The notes under the pieces are model-generated. The model ran no database searches. It had not been told where the DNA came from and worked only from the letters and a program-made list of their open reading frames with translations. From positions 8,340-72,339 of the IMG/VR virus record IMGVR_UViG_3300032288_003197: DNA of 64,000 nucleotides, one strand, 5' to 3'. The first letter of the stretch is position 1; the number at the start of each line of letters is the position of its first letter. This document shows positions 1 to 8,616 of the stretch, piece by piece. This stretch comes from a virus. Position numbers and translations under genes: made by a program.

Positions 1-50
1 CTCGGCCACAACAAGTAGTTGGCTCTTGTGGTCTAGGGTAAAAATCTTTT

Positions 51-115
51 TGGTGGACCTGGGCGGCACTGCCCCGCCGTCTTGAATCCGTTTCTCTTTG
101 CTTCATACAGCAATA
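51..115 (-). ncRNA. ssrA: tmRNA tRNA-like 3' (acceptor) piece, probably a circularly permuted two-piece ssrA whose coding piece lies beyond the window start
   Basis: Minus strand reads GAC-GGCGG-GGCAGTG-CCGCC-CAGGTCC-A-CCA: T-stem/loop, acceptor 3' strand with U70 and encoded CCA. A sigma70 promoter lies only ~65 nt upstream of the CCA. The 5' end is estimated from the promoter. Confidence 0.75.
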
Positions 116-121
116 ACTTGC

Positions 122-150
122 AGTATACTGTTTTTAGATATTGTCGTCAA
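122..150 (-). promoter_or_regulatory. sigma70-type promoter for the tmRNA piece
   Basis: TTGACG-N17-TATACT on the minus strand. Confidence 0.7.
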
Positions 151-346
151 CCAGTTCGATCACGTAGCCAATGTATTCTTTGGCGCGCTCACCGTCGCCA
201 GCATCAATGGCTCCTTGTGCATCATCCAAGTAACCCATCATCTGACTGCGCAGATCGGCCATGCTGCCTTCGCGTCGGTCTGGACGAGGAGCATCCATTG
301 CGTCTGCTTCTTTGATGATGTCAATGTATCGTTTTAAATTGCTCAT
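134..346 (-). CDS. small hypothetical protein (possible head-associated)
   Basis: ORF with AAGGA SD and upstream TATAAATA (365-372); N-terminus MSNLKRYIDIIKEA. Confidence 0.65.
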   Translation of the reverse strand: MSNLKRYIDIIKEADAMDAPRPDRREGSMADLRSQMMGYLDDAQGAIDAGDGERAKEYIGYVIELVDDNI

Positions 347-385
347 GGTCAAAATCCTTTGGTGTATTTATAGATAGATCAGTTT

Positions 386-1039
386 TTATTTGAGTATTTG
401 TAGATCCTGGTGCTGGGACACGCGGGTAAACTCAATGTTGGGGGGCGTATTCCTACTGATTTGTATGGCCACACGAACGGACTCGACGTTCTCTACCGCA
501 TGCAATATTGCACTGTTGATACACACCCATTTCTCTGCGGGCAAGCAAACTCGATCAATTTCTTCCAATGTGTCAAAATTCTTTGTGATGAGATTGGGAT
601 CAAAAACTGACTTCAAGTCAGGGCGCAAGAGCGGATACCCATGCTGTCTGTACCATGATGTTTCTACACGACTGCCGCCAGTGTCCAGGATATACATGAT
701 AGTGTAGTCCCTACTGATGTCCACGTGCGGGGCAAAGAACGAACTGTGTGCGTCATATACTGCTACACCACATGGCGCAGGGTCTTGATCAAAATACTGG
801 CGTACCCATGCATCAAACTCTTCGCTGATACTGTACCTATGAGACTTTATTGTCTTGACTTCCGACCCATCTCGCAGAGTAAAATTTCGATATTCATACT
901 CTGCATAGCCTGGCCGATCAAGCCAATTATTCACCTTGACTTCGTGATTGCCCTTGTTTGTTTCTAGACTTGCCCAGGCCGCATCCACAATTGTTTGCGG
1001 CAAGGGTGGCAAGTCTAAAAATGCATAGGTAAATGTCAC
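386..1039 (-). CDS. 2OG-Fe(II) oxygenase-like protein
   Basis: HxD...H...R pattern (APHVD ... LHAVEN ... RVAIQI). Confidence 0.6.
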   Translation of the reverse strand: MTFTYAFLDLPPLPQTIVDAAWASLETNKGNHEVKVNNWLDRPGYAEYEYRNFTLRDGSEVKTIKSHRYSISEEFDAWVRQYFDQDPAPCGVAVYDAHSSFFAPHVDISRDYTIMYILDTGGSRVETSWYRQHGYPLLRPDLKSVFDPNLITKNFDTLEEIDRVCLPAEKWVCINSAILHAVENVESVRVAIQISRNTPPNIEFTRVSQHQDLQILK

Positions 1040-1923
1040 TTTTTGGTTTTTTCTGCTATTTGTTCAAAGATTCGAATTTCTCTGTTGGCATACTGCGCAG
1101 ATCTCTGTGGTCCATAATTCAACACAGTAAGACCCAGCAAATCTTTGAAACTGGTATTGGTGGAATCTTGAACCAGTCGTGACATTTCTGTTACAGCAGT
1201 ACGATCGGTGTCTTGTCTGGCCCAGACTGCGTACCAATTGTTGGTGTAATTTCCACTGAATCCCATTTCACTGGCAGTGGGCACATTTGGCAGCTGAGGC
1301 AGTCTCCGCTCTCCAAACACCATGACAGGACGAACTTGTCCGTTGTTGAAAGACGGCCCAATTCCGGTGTAAGCCAAAACTCCGTATTCAGTATGACCGG
1401 GCAACACATCGTTGACCATTGGTGCCAGCCCTTTGTAAGGAATCAAGTTGAGTCGCGTGGGCCATTTTAGATCATTGAGCCATATTTCTCCTTGATTGGC
1501 AACACCCACATTAATGATGTCTTGATTTCGGATCTGTTGTCTGATCTTGGTATCGCTGCCAGCGGTGAACATCACATATGGACTTTCGCCGATCAATGAC
1601 ACTGGTACAAATTCTCGATAAGTGTTGGTGCCCAGCATTGCCGGACCCACCACAAATCCAGCCTCGGCAACGATAAATGTGTGATTGTCGTTGGGCCTAT
1701 TCAAAACATGTGTGGTAGCAACCGCCAGTGCCGCGCCAGGCATGTATTGAACTTCAACTGGAACTGAAACTTTACCTTGAAAGTCTTTTTGCATGGCTCT
1801 TGCAAATTTATCAATAAGTCCACCAGGCGGATACGGAACAATAAGAGTAATGGACTTAGACGGCCATGCCAGTGCAGACACTGAGATTAGCATGGCCGAG
1901 ATAAAGGTCAACAGTTTTTTCAT
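1036..1923 (-). CDS. Bug/TctC family tripartite tricarboxylate transporter substrate-binding protein
   Basis: Signal peptide, then WPSKSITLIVPYPPGGLIDKFAR, IPYKG and LPNVPTASEMG. Start moved to MKKLL behind a GAGGA SD. Confidence 0.85.
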   Translation of the reverse strand: MKKLLTFISAMLISVSALAWPSKSITLIVPYPPGGLIDKFARAMQKDFQGKVSVPVEVQYMPGAALAVATTHVLNRPNDNHTFIVAEAGFVVGPAMLGTNTYREFVPVSLIGESPYVMFTAGSDTKIRQQIRNQDIINVGVANQGEIWLNDLKWPTRLNLIPYKGLAPMVNDVLPGHTEYGVLAYTGIGPSFNNGQVRPVMVFGERRLPQLPNVPTASEMGFSGNYTNNWYAVWARQDTDRTAVTEMSRLVQDSTNTSFKDLLGLTVLNYGPQRSAQYANREIRIFEQIAEKTKK

Positions 1924-2013
1924 ATATCCTCTCAAAAAGTAATTGTTGAACAAAAGCACTGCTAGAGTGCTTTTGTCCGGTGCTGACAACGGGGACGATT
2001 CCCGCGTTGCTGT

Positions 2014-2973
2014 TTATTGATGTTGTTGAATGCTTTCGACCAAACCAGGAGTGAATGTATCGCGGAATTGATCATACACACCGCTCAGTGCAGCCTTGGC
2101 AGCTTCGCGTTGTTCTTGTGTCCACTTCACAATGTTGGCACCTTCTTCTGCAACAAGACGCTGTTCGGCACGAGCACCGTCACGAATGGTTTCGGCACGC
2201 TCTTCGCGACCAGCCAGCACAGCAGCTTGTTTGATCACTGCTTGAACTTCGGGACTCAATGTATCCCAGAACTTGTCGCCAATGATCATTGATGTAAGGA
2301 ACAAACTGTGACCAGTGTCAATCACTGACTTGGTAACTTCGTTCTGACGCAGTGGATACACACGTGGGTAGTTGGTTTCACCGCCTTCAGCTTCACCGTC
2401 AACCACGACCTGACGCAGGTCTTCTACTTCGGCCACAACAGGCTTCATGCCCAGTGCAGAAATAGTTGCTTGTGCAACAGGATTACGGTTTGAACGAACT
2501 GGTGTTCCTGCAAGCTCTTCCAATGTGCTGACTCGCTTGTTGGAAATCATTTGGCGGAAGCCACCTGAGTATGTGAAACTCAAGCCACGCACATTTGACT
2601 TGTCTGTGAGCTTGGCAAGCAGTGTTTCACCAACTTTGCCCTCTAGTACACGAGTTGCGTGATCGTGGTCTTTGAACAAGAATGGGAGATCAAATACCAA
2701 AAAGTCCTGCTCGTACTTCTCAGCAAGCCATGTGGTGTACATTTGACTCATTTCAATTTTGCCCTGTTCCATGAGGTCCAGTAGATCGTGCTTGGTGACC
2801 ACAACGCCGTTGTTGTAGCGTTGGCTGTACTCGGTAAGAGTCATGATTTCCACTTCGATTTTGTGCTCGCTTTGTTGCTCGTTTACACGACGCTCAAAGT
2901 CTTCAGCAGCACGAAGGAAAAGATTCAAAGGTTCATGGGCAATGACCCAGCGAATTTTGGTAGTGTTACTCAT
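2014..2973 (-). CDS. dctP: TRAP transporter DctP-like substrate-binding protein with no obvious signal peptide
   Basis: VFDLPFLFKDHDHA, GGFRQM and FWDTLSPEVQAVIKQAA motifs. Start moved to MSNTTK. Confidence 0.8.
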   Translation of the reverse strand: MSNTTKIRWVIAHEPLNLFLRAAEDFERRVNEQQSEHKIEVEIMTLTEYSQRYNNGVVVTKHDLLDLMEQGKIEMSQMYTTWLAEKYEQDFLVFDLPFLFKDHDHATRVLEGKVGETLLAKLTDKSNVRGLSFTYSGGFRQMISNKRVSTLEELAGTPVRSNRNPVAQATISALGMKPVVAEVEDLRQVVVDGEAEGGETNYPRVYPLRQNEVTKSVIDTGHSLFLTSMIIGDKFWDTLSPEVQAVIKQAAVLAGREERAETIRDGARAEQRLVAEEGANIVKWTQEQREAAKAALSGVYDQFRDTFTPGLVESIQQHQ

Positions 2974-3116
2974 TTTTATATCCAGATTAGGTAGTTTAAA
3001 TGTGCTTGCGAGGTTGCTCGCTACGGTTGGCGTTCTAGGCATAACATGCTAGTAAAGGAGTCCATACTCCAGGCGTCTTTGACCCGACGTCGACCACTTG
3101 ATCGGCGCTGCCATGT

Positions 3117-4016
3117 TTATTTAGTCAGAGACACGCCTTGACTCAAACGTTTCCATAGTGCCACCTGTGAATCAAACCAAATCTGTGTGGCCGTGGTGTT
3201 GAGGTTGCTGGGATCACAGTAGTCCACAGCATAGGCACGCTGCACTGCATCTGTTCGGCCGGCTTGCAGTACCAAACTTCGCAGTTCTTGGTACTGTGCT
3301 TCGGGCATGGATTTTGGCACTTGCAAACTGTGCATGTTAACCACCTCGCCCACTCCAGCAAAGCCCTGACTTTCCAAGGTGGCAATGCCACGCACTGTTT
3401 TCTTGCCTGAAATGCCCAGGGCGTTGAGGTCACCCTTGTCCAAGAATCCTTCAACTTCGCCCAAGAATGCCACGCTGAGATCAATGTTGCCCGAGATAGC
3501 ATCAATACTGGCTTCGCGTGTGCCTTTGTAGGGCACCGGGGTGGCGTTGGGATAGCGTTTGACAATTTCCATGGCCATGAGGTGTGAAGTGGCGCCAAGG
3601 CCAGAAATGCCAATGCTGATCTTTTGATTGCGGTCAATTTCACGCCAACTACGATACTTCTTGCTCACAATCAACATGGGTGCTGCACACTGAGTCATCA
3701 GCGGACGGAAGTCACTGACTCGATGACTCTCATCGGGATAAAAGTTAGGGCGCACAAAAAAAGCTGTACTCGCGGCCAGCACAGCGTTTGGTGTAGCTGC
3801 CACATGTTTGGCACCAATGGTTGCACCGGCACCGGGCTTGTTCTCCAAGATAAAGTTGTATTTCTTTTGACCAGCGTTGAGCTCTTCTACCAAGCTGCGA
3901 CTGTACTGTGCCTGTGTATCGCCCATGCCAAACGGCCAAACAATAGAAATAGTTTGTTGTGCTTGTGCAGCAAAATATGTCAGAGCCGCTGCTGCAGAAA
4001 TTAGAAGTTTTTTCAT
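3117..4016 (-). CDS. Bug/TctC family substrate-binding protein
   Basis: Signal peptide, IVWPFGMG, ENKPGAGATIG, VPYKG. Confidence 0.85.
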   Translation of the reverse strand: MKKLLISAAAALTYFAAQAQQTISIVWPFGMGDTQAQYSRSLVEELNAGQKKYNFILENKPGAGATIGAKHVAATPNAVLAASTAFFVRPNFYPDESHRVSDFRPLMTQCAAPMLIVSKKYRSWREIDRNQKISIGISGLGATSHLMAMEIVKRYPNATPVPYKGTREASIDAISGNIDLSVAFLGEVEGFLDKGDLNALGISGKKTVRGIATLESQGFAGVGEVVNMHSLQVPKSMPEAQYQELRSLVLQAGRTDAVQRAYAVDYCDPSNLNTTATQIWFDSQVALWKRLSQGVSLTK

Positions 4017-5197
4017 TTGAGATTTCCTTGTATGATGTCTGTGTTGACAAAGTCAGCAGGACCTAGGTCGTAGAAGGTGTCCATGAACCCCACAAAGCCC
4101 ACTGGCCGTCCCAACTCATAGGTGAAAAATTTGGGATCAATTTTGTCTACCATGTGTTGCACGCCGGCTTTCCATACTTCGTAGAAGCGTGTTTCTGTGA
4201 AGTTTTTAAAGAACCACCAACCCATTTCACTGTAGAAGTTGTTGGTACTTTTCATGGTTTGCCATGTTGTGGGATCGTAGTCCTCATAGATCAGTGGGCG
4301 AGCAATTTGCTCGTAGGCATTGCGTTGTGCCGGACTGTGATTGGGCCAGCGCATCAAGAACTGCAAGTGCTTGGTGTGTGGCAGTTGGAACCAGTTGCGG
4401 ATTGTGTGAGCTTGTTTGATGATCAACTCAGGAATGTCTGGTTGCCAGTAAAAGTACTCTGTGGTCAAGTTGGTATAAGGACCAATTGTGGCCTGGCTAT
4501 GGTTGGCTTGTATGTCTAAGAAGTACAGGTACCAACGCCCGTCCCGGATACAAATTTTAGGTTTGTCAATACCGTATAGTATACAAATGCTTTTGCCAGA
4601 CTCTGCTAATTGTTTGTGCCCATCTAGGCCCAGTGGATCGTGTTTGAATGTGTGCTCGGGGTGCAAGTAATCTCTTGCACGTTCTACCCACGACTCGTCA
4701 CCTTTGTAGTCCAGTATGTTTTGACTGAAGTCGTGCATGGTGATCTTTGTATTGGGGTGACTAAGAGCCAGCTTTTGCAACACCGGCTTGGCTGCAAAAT
4801 GCCATTCGCTCAGCGTATTCTCGGCTTTCATGTTCTTGGGATCAGGTCCAAGATTCTTGTCGCCCTGTGCAGGATAACGAAATACCACTTCGTCTATGTG
4901 AAGTCCGTTGTTGATAAAACTATAGAGTACTGTTGTACTGTCACTACCACCTGAGAACTCTAATCGAATATAATCGTATCGGTCTCGAAGCTGTTGTGCC
5001 CGCATGCGATACAGTTCACGCAGACTCAATTGTGGCTCAACTGTGGTGTCTATTCGACTGTATACTTCTCTGTTGAAATTAAAATGAGGAAAGTGCCCGG
5101 TGGCTGTTGCTTCCAACAAAGCCTGCGGCTTGCTGTAAAATCGTTTGTCGCCTACAGTATAAAATCCCAGTCTGGGATTTTGTTCTAGTTCAATCAT
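4013..5197 (-). CDS. PP-loop (N-type ATP pyrophosphatase-like) protein
   Basis: FSGGSDS PP-loop motif; paralog of 40545..41696. Confidence 0.7.
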   Translation of the reverse strand: MIELEQNPRLGFYTVGDKRFYSKPQALLEATATGHFPHFNFNREVYSRIDTTVEPQLSLRELYRMRAQQLRDRYDYIRLEFSGGSDSTTVLYSFINNGLHIDEVVFRYPAQGDKNLGPDPKNMKAENTLSEWHFAAKPVLQKLALSHPNTKITMHDFSQNILDYKGDESWVERARDYLHPEHTFKHDPLGLDGHKQLAESGKSICILYGIDKPKICIRDGRWYLYFLDIQANHSQATIGPYTNLTTEYFYWQPDIPELIIKQAHTIRNWFQLPHTKHLQFLMRWPNHSPAQRNAYEQIARPLIYEDYDPTTWQTMKSTNNFYSEMGWWFFKNFTETRFYEVWKAGVQHMVDKIDPKFFTYELGRPVGFVGFMDTFYDLGPADFVNTDIIQGNLK

Positions 5198-5753
5198 TGT
5201 TGTTTTCTTCTAGTACTTTCCAGCCCAACTTCAGTAGATCCTCTCGGATCTCATCAGTCACAACACTCTCACCGACAAAGTTTTCTTGATACCACTCATG
5301 TTTGGCACGTTCGTCTTCAGTCATTGACTCTAGATCTTCGTCGGTGGGTTTACCGCGAATCCCGGTGCAATACCAGTCGATGTAGTCGCCCTCTTCGCGC
5401 ATGTCTGCAACAATGCCCCCAGCATAACGCCATGAGCACGAGTAGGTTTGACCTTTGAGCAAAGGCCATGTTTCTAGCTTCTGGAAGTCATTGTTGCACA
5501 TTGCGGCATACAGGTTCTGTGCATACTCTTCACGAGCTTTGGCCTTGTCGCAGATCCATTTGGTACTGCGCAAATCGTATTCAAGATTGTTTTCTTTCCA
5601 CTCGGGCTTGGCTTCACGCTCAGCTTGGTGTTGAGCAAAAATGTTATGAAACTCAATCATTTCCTCAGCATGTTCGGCAGTGGTATTGCCCTCTTCCACA
5701 CGTCGAAGAAGACTATCTCGTTGAAACTTACCACGCTCAGGACTGGAATTCAT
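5190..5753 (-). CDS. hypothetical phage protein
   Basis: Long ORF overlapping both neighbours; start moved to MNSSPERG. Confidence 0.75.
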   Translation of the reverse strand: MNSSPERGKFQRDSLLRRVEEGNTTAEHAEEMIEFHNIFAQHQAEREAKPEWKENNLEYDLRSTKWICDKAKAREEYAQNLYAAMCNNDFQKLETWPLLKGQTYSCSWRYAGGIVADMREEGDYIDWYCTGIRGKPTDEDLESMTEDERAKHEWYQENFVGESVVTDEIREDLLKLGWKVLEENNND

Positions 5754-5983
5754 TGTCTCTGTAAGTTCGCCCATGCCAACCACTGTTTGAAAGCAAGATA
5801 CACAGCCTCTGCTTCTTGGTCATCTGCAGACACTCGCACACCACGCACATAAAAACCATCTCGGGTAACCCGGAGCATCTCATCACCACCGGCAATGTGC
5901 ATGGCAATTGCAGCCTCCTCGTAGGGCGCATAAATTTGAATTGCGCCGTCGCTTAGTCCTGTTTCCCGCATGTTGTCTGCCAT
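5750..5983 (-). CDS. hypothetical protein
   Basis: Start MADNMRE with AAGGA SD just downstream of the tRNAs; the ORF-track extension runs through a tRNA. Confidence 0.7.
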   Translation of the reverse strand: MADNMRETGLSDGAIQIYAPYEEAAIAMHIAGGDEMLRVTRDGFYVRGVRVSADDQEAEAVYLAFKQWLAWANLQRQ

Positions 5984-5995
5984 GTATATATCCTT

Positions 5996-6070
5996 TGGTC
6001 CGGCCACCAGGAATCGAACCTGGATTGACTGCTTAGAAGGCAGATGTTCTATCCATTGAACTATGGCCAG
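5996..6070 (-). tRNA. tRNA-Arg(TCT)
   Basis: Cloverleaf with CTGGCCA/TGGCCGG acceptor stem, anticodon loop CTTCTAA, GGTTCGATTCC T-arm and encoded CCA. Confidence 0.93.
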
Positions 6071-6073
6071 AAT

Positions 6074-6150
6074 TGGTGCGCCCACTAGGACTTGAACCTA
6101 GGACCAATGGATTATGAGTCCACTGCTCTGACCAACTGAGCTATAGGCGC
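6074..6150 (-). tRNA. tRNA with CAT anticodon, probably Ile2 (lysidine type); elongator Met not excluded
   Basis: GCGCCTATAGCTCAGTTGGTCAGAGC ... GACTCATAATC ... GGTTCAAGTCC ... CCA. Confidence 0.9.
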
Positions 6151-6160
6151 ATTTAAACTT

Positions 6161-6190
6161 ATTATAACAGAAAATTTATTTAACCGTCAA
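6161..6190 (-). promoter_or_regulatory. sigma70 promoter for the tRNA pair
   Basis: TTGACG-N18-TATAAT with extended TGn. Confidence 0.7.
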
Positions 6191-6205
6191 GTTCTTTTTG
6201 GTATT

Positions 6206-6568
6206 TCATGTCACTAGCGAAACCAGCCAAATGTATGTCAAGGCATGTAGGAATTGATCCAGGCCCAGCAACCACCAAAATTGATCGTGTGTGCTGGGCG
6301 CCCAGCCCATTTTAGCGTTGAGATTAGTTTTGACCCAGTCGATGTGATAGTGAATTACAGCATCCGCACAGGCCAACCAGGCCGCAGCCATGGGAGCATA
6401 CCACGCAAAACAAATCCAGGTACCAATGCCATGCAGGCCTGCATGCAGTAGGCCGCCCGGGTGCAGGTAGATGCCTTTGTTGCTGTACTGATATCGATGT
6501 TGCAGTGGAAAATCTACCACAAAGTGTTTGGCAAACAATGCCAACACCAGCCACAAGGTTGGATTCAT
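6206..6568 (-). CDS. DUF3307-like membrane protein
   Basis: KHFVVDFPLQ, HYHIDW and GLDQFLH motifs; hydrophobic segments. Confidence 0.7.
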   Translation of the reverse strand: MNPTLWLVLALFAKHFVVDFPLQHRYQYSNKGIYLHPGGLLHAGLHGIGTWICFAWYAPMAAAWLACADAVIHYHIDWVKTNLNAKMGWAPSTHDQFWWLLGLDQFLHALTYIWLVSLVT

Positions 6569-6795
6569 TGCACGGCTTTCATGTCAAAGTCATCCAGGAT
6601 TTCCATGGCCAGGGCCTGCAAAGTTGACATGGCGTAGTGCTCTTCTTGTCGATACGCCTGGTCAATTTCTTTTTCAATTTTGTCTAGGATGTGCTTGACA
6701 ATGGCTTCACCAAACTGTTGTTGTAGAGCAGGATTGATGGTGGGGTAGTGCGAACCACCGGCCATGAGACTGAAGTTTTTGAACACGTCATTCAT
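6565..6795 (-). CDS. hypothetical protein
   Basis: Start moved to MNDVFK behind a GGAG SD. Confidence 0.6.
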   Translation of the reverse strand: MNDVFKNFSLMAGGSHYPTINPALQQQFGEAIVKHILDKIEKEIDQAYRQEEHYAMSTLQALAMEILDDFDMKAVQ

Positions 6796-7060
6796 GTAGG
6801 TCTCCTTTGAGGCTGTGCCAAAGTTTGGGATCGGTGCCCAAGTAAATTTTATATTTGACATAGTTTCGCCACCTGGTATAGCGATTGACCAGATGTTCTA
6901 CCCAATTAAACATCCTGTCTCTGAACCACAGCGGGTTCAAAACGGCTGTGAGCAACATCACAAACAAAAAAGGCACGGACACAACAACCGATGCCCAGTG
7001 AAAAGTCATGGCCTGATAGTAACGCCCACCTTCGGGGGTGAGTGTGATTTCTTTGTTCAT
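6788..7060 (-). CDS. hypothetical membrane protein
   Basis: One hydrophobic segment; overlaps both neighbours. Confidence 0.65.
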   Translation of the reverse strand: MNKEITLTPEGGRYYQAMTFHWASVVVSVPFLFVMLLTAVLNPLWFRDRMFNWVEHLVNRYTRWRNYVKYKIYLGTDPKLWHSLKGDLHE

Positions 7061-7254
7061 TGCTGCACCTTTCTACATTCAAAGACGCCAGGCACCATTC
7101 TATTTTCTCGGACCATTTGGTCCATGTTTGCAACCAAGGAGGCCTTGACCTTTTCGCACTCTGCCACCTCACGAAACCGACTGATGTGTTCCGTGTGAGA
7201 ACCTGCTGGGCCAGCCCGGGTCAAAATCAAAACAGTAAAGATCAGTTCGTACAT
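7057..7254 (-). CDS. hypothetical protein
   Basis: Its ATG is supplied by the repeated GGAGTTGAAGAATG junction. Confidence 0.6.
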   Translation of the reverse strand: MYELIFTVLILTRAGPAGSHTEHISRFREVAECEKVKASLVANMDQMVRENRMVPGVFECRKVQQ

Positions 7255-7463
7255 TCTTCAACTCCGAAATGTTTTTTGATAGCATCGCCTTCTTCGCTTC
7301 TTTCAAAATCTTCTGCGTCAGGATAACGATCAAAGTAAATTTTGTTACAGATATCAGCACATTCCCGCACAATCAACTCGGCGAACTTTTCTAACTTTGG
7401 GTGATGTTCTAACAACCATTCTATGTCAGCCTGTTCTGCAAGTTCTTTAATTCGTTCGTTCAT
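7242..7463 (-). CDS. small modular protein (MNERI / EKFAELIVREC / FGVEE family)
   Basis: All three family blocks present. Confidence 0.75.
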   Translation of the reverse strand: MNERIKELAEQADIEWLLEHHPKLEKFAELIVRECADICNKIYFDRYPDAEDFERSEEGDAIKKHFGVEECTN

Positions 7464-7657
7464 TCTTCAACTCCGAAATGTTCTCGAATCTCTTCGTAAA
7501 TGTCTAATGCATCGTGTTCAGCGGCAACATTGGCACATTCCCTCACAATCAGTTCAGCGAACTTTTCTACGGTATATTCCCACTTGTATCTTTCCTTGCC
7601 TAGACCATATACATCTAAGTTGGATTCTCTAACAAGTTCTTTAATTCGTTCGTTCAC
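7460..7657 (-). CDS. small modular protein (MNERI family)
   Basis: All three blocks; GTG start. Confidence 0.75.
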   Translation of the reverse strand: MNERIKELVRESNLDVYGLGKERYKWEYTVEKFAELIVRECANVAAEHDALDIYEEIREHFGVEE

Positions 7658-7848
7658 TCTTCAACTCCGAACCAAACCAACACATCTGCTCGGCCAGTGA
7701 ATACCATCCAAGCGGCAGTTATTCTTTTTCGTAGATTTATTCCTGGCCATGACATAGGTCTTGCCTGAGTCCATAATCCATTTTTTCCGGCGGATTGAAC
7801 ATCCCAACATTTGATTTGGTCCGCAGAATATACCATAGGTGTTCTCAT
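7654..7848 (-). CDS. hypothetical protein carrying only the FGVEE tail
   Basis: Unrelated body ending VWFGVEE. Confidence 0.7.
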   Translation of the reverse strand: MRTPMVYSADQIKCWDVQSAGKNGLWTQARPMSWPGINLRKRITAAWMVFTGRADVLVWFGVEE

Positions 7849-8081
7849 TCTTCAACTCCGAAATGTTGTTTAATCAAATCATATGCTTGACCACGGCTAA
7901 CCATGTCACGTAGCATAGGACTCAATGCTACACCACATTCCCGAACAATCAACTCAATCAAACCGTCAACTTCTTCTCGATACATGAAATAGTGGTCATC
8001 TTCTACTGTTTCACCATACGAATTGAAGTAATCTCGGCAATAATGCTGTTTTAGGTATGCTTCAATATGTTCAATCATCAT
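7845..8081 (-). CDS. small modular protein (middle and C-terminal blocks only)
   Basis: LIELIVRECG ... IKQHFGVEE with a different N-terminus. Confidence 0.7.
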   Translation of the reverse strand: MMIEHIEAYLKQHYCRDYFNSYGETVEDDHYFMYREEVDGLIELIVRECGVALSPMLRDMVSRGQAYDLIKQHFGVEE

Positions 8082-8338
8082 TCAACTCCGAAATGTTCTT
8101 TGATCGTATCGCCACACGAATAAGCAGTATCTCTACCATCAGCATCATTGTATCCTGCTCTAACTGCCGCAATACCTGCACAAACTTCTACACATTCTGC
8201 CACAATCAACTCGGCGAACTTTTCAAACCGAATTTTATCCCACGTTTGAATATTAAACCCTTCTTCGGGTGTGTATGTATGTGTCTTGTCGGCATAGTCA
8301 ATAGCCTCTTGGAAAAGTTCTCGAATTCGTTCGTTCAT
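8078..8338 (-). CDS. small modular protein (MNERI family)
   Basis: All three blocks. Confidence 0.75.
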   Translation of the reverse strand: MNERIRELFQEAIDYADKTHTYTPEEGFNIQTWDKIRFEKFAELIVAECVEVCAGIAAVRAGYNDADGRDTAYSCGDTIKEHFGVE

Positions 8339-8616
8339 CGTTCAATCCAATTATAAAAATTCAATACTTCGTCCACGCTGTTTGCCCACCGATCAAAATC
8401 CGACAAAGGGCAACTAACATCCACAAAGAACTCACCCTCATCACCCCACCAACGGAAACGATATGCTCGGCCTTTATAATGCGATACAGAACCCATCTTG
8501 AAGAAGTCACGAGTTACACTATGTCCACGTTTCTTCAACATAGTTTTGAATTCGCTGGGACTCATACCCCATAGTTGCTCTCTTGTTGGCTTGCGGTGTT
8601 TATATTTGAACTTCAT
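8335..8616 (-). CDS. hypothetical basic protein
   Basis: ORF with 4-nt overlaps on both sides. Confidence 0.7.
   Translation of the reverse strand: MKFKYKHRKPTREQLWGMSPSEFKTMLKKRGHSVTRDFFKMGSVSHYKGRAYRFRWWGDEGEFFVDVSCPLSDFDRWANSVDEVLNFYNWIER

Noticed and set aside
4013-5197. Calling the PP-loop proteins QueC
   Set aside because: They are much longer than QueC, lack its Cys zinc cluster, and lie far from the que genes.
5750-6085. ORF-track N-terminal extension across the tRNA genes
   Set aside because: It overlaps clear tRNA genes, and the SD-supported start is at 5983.
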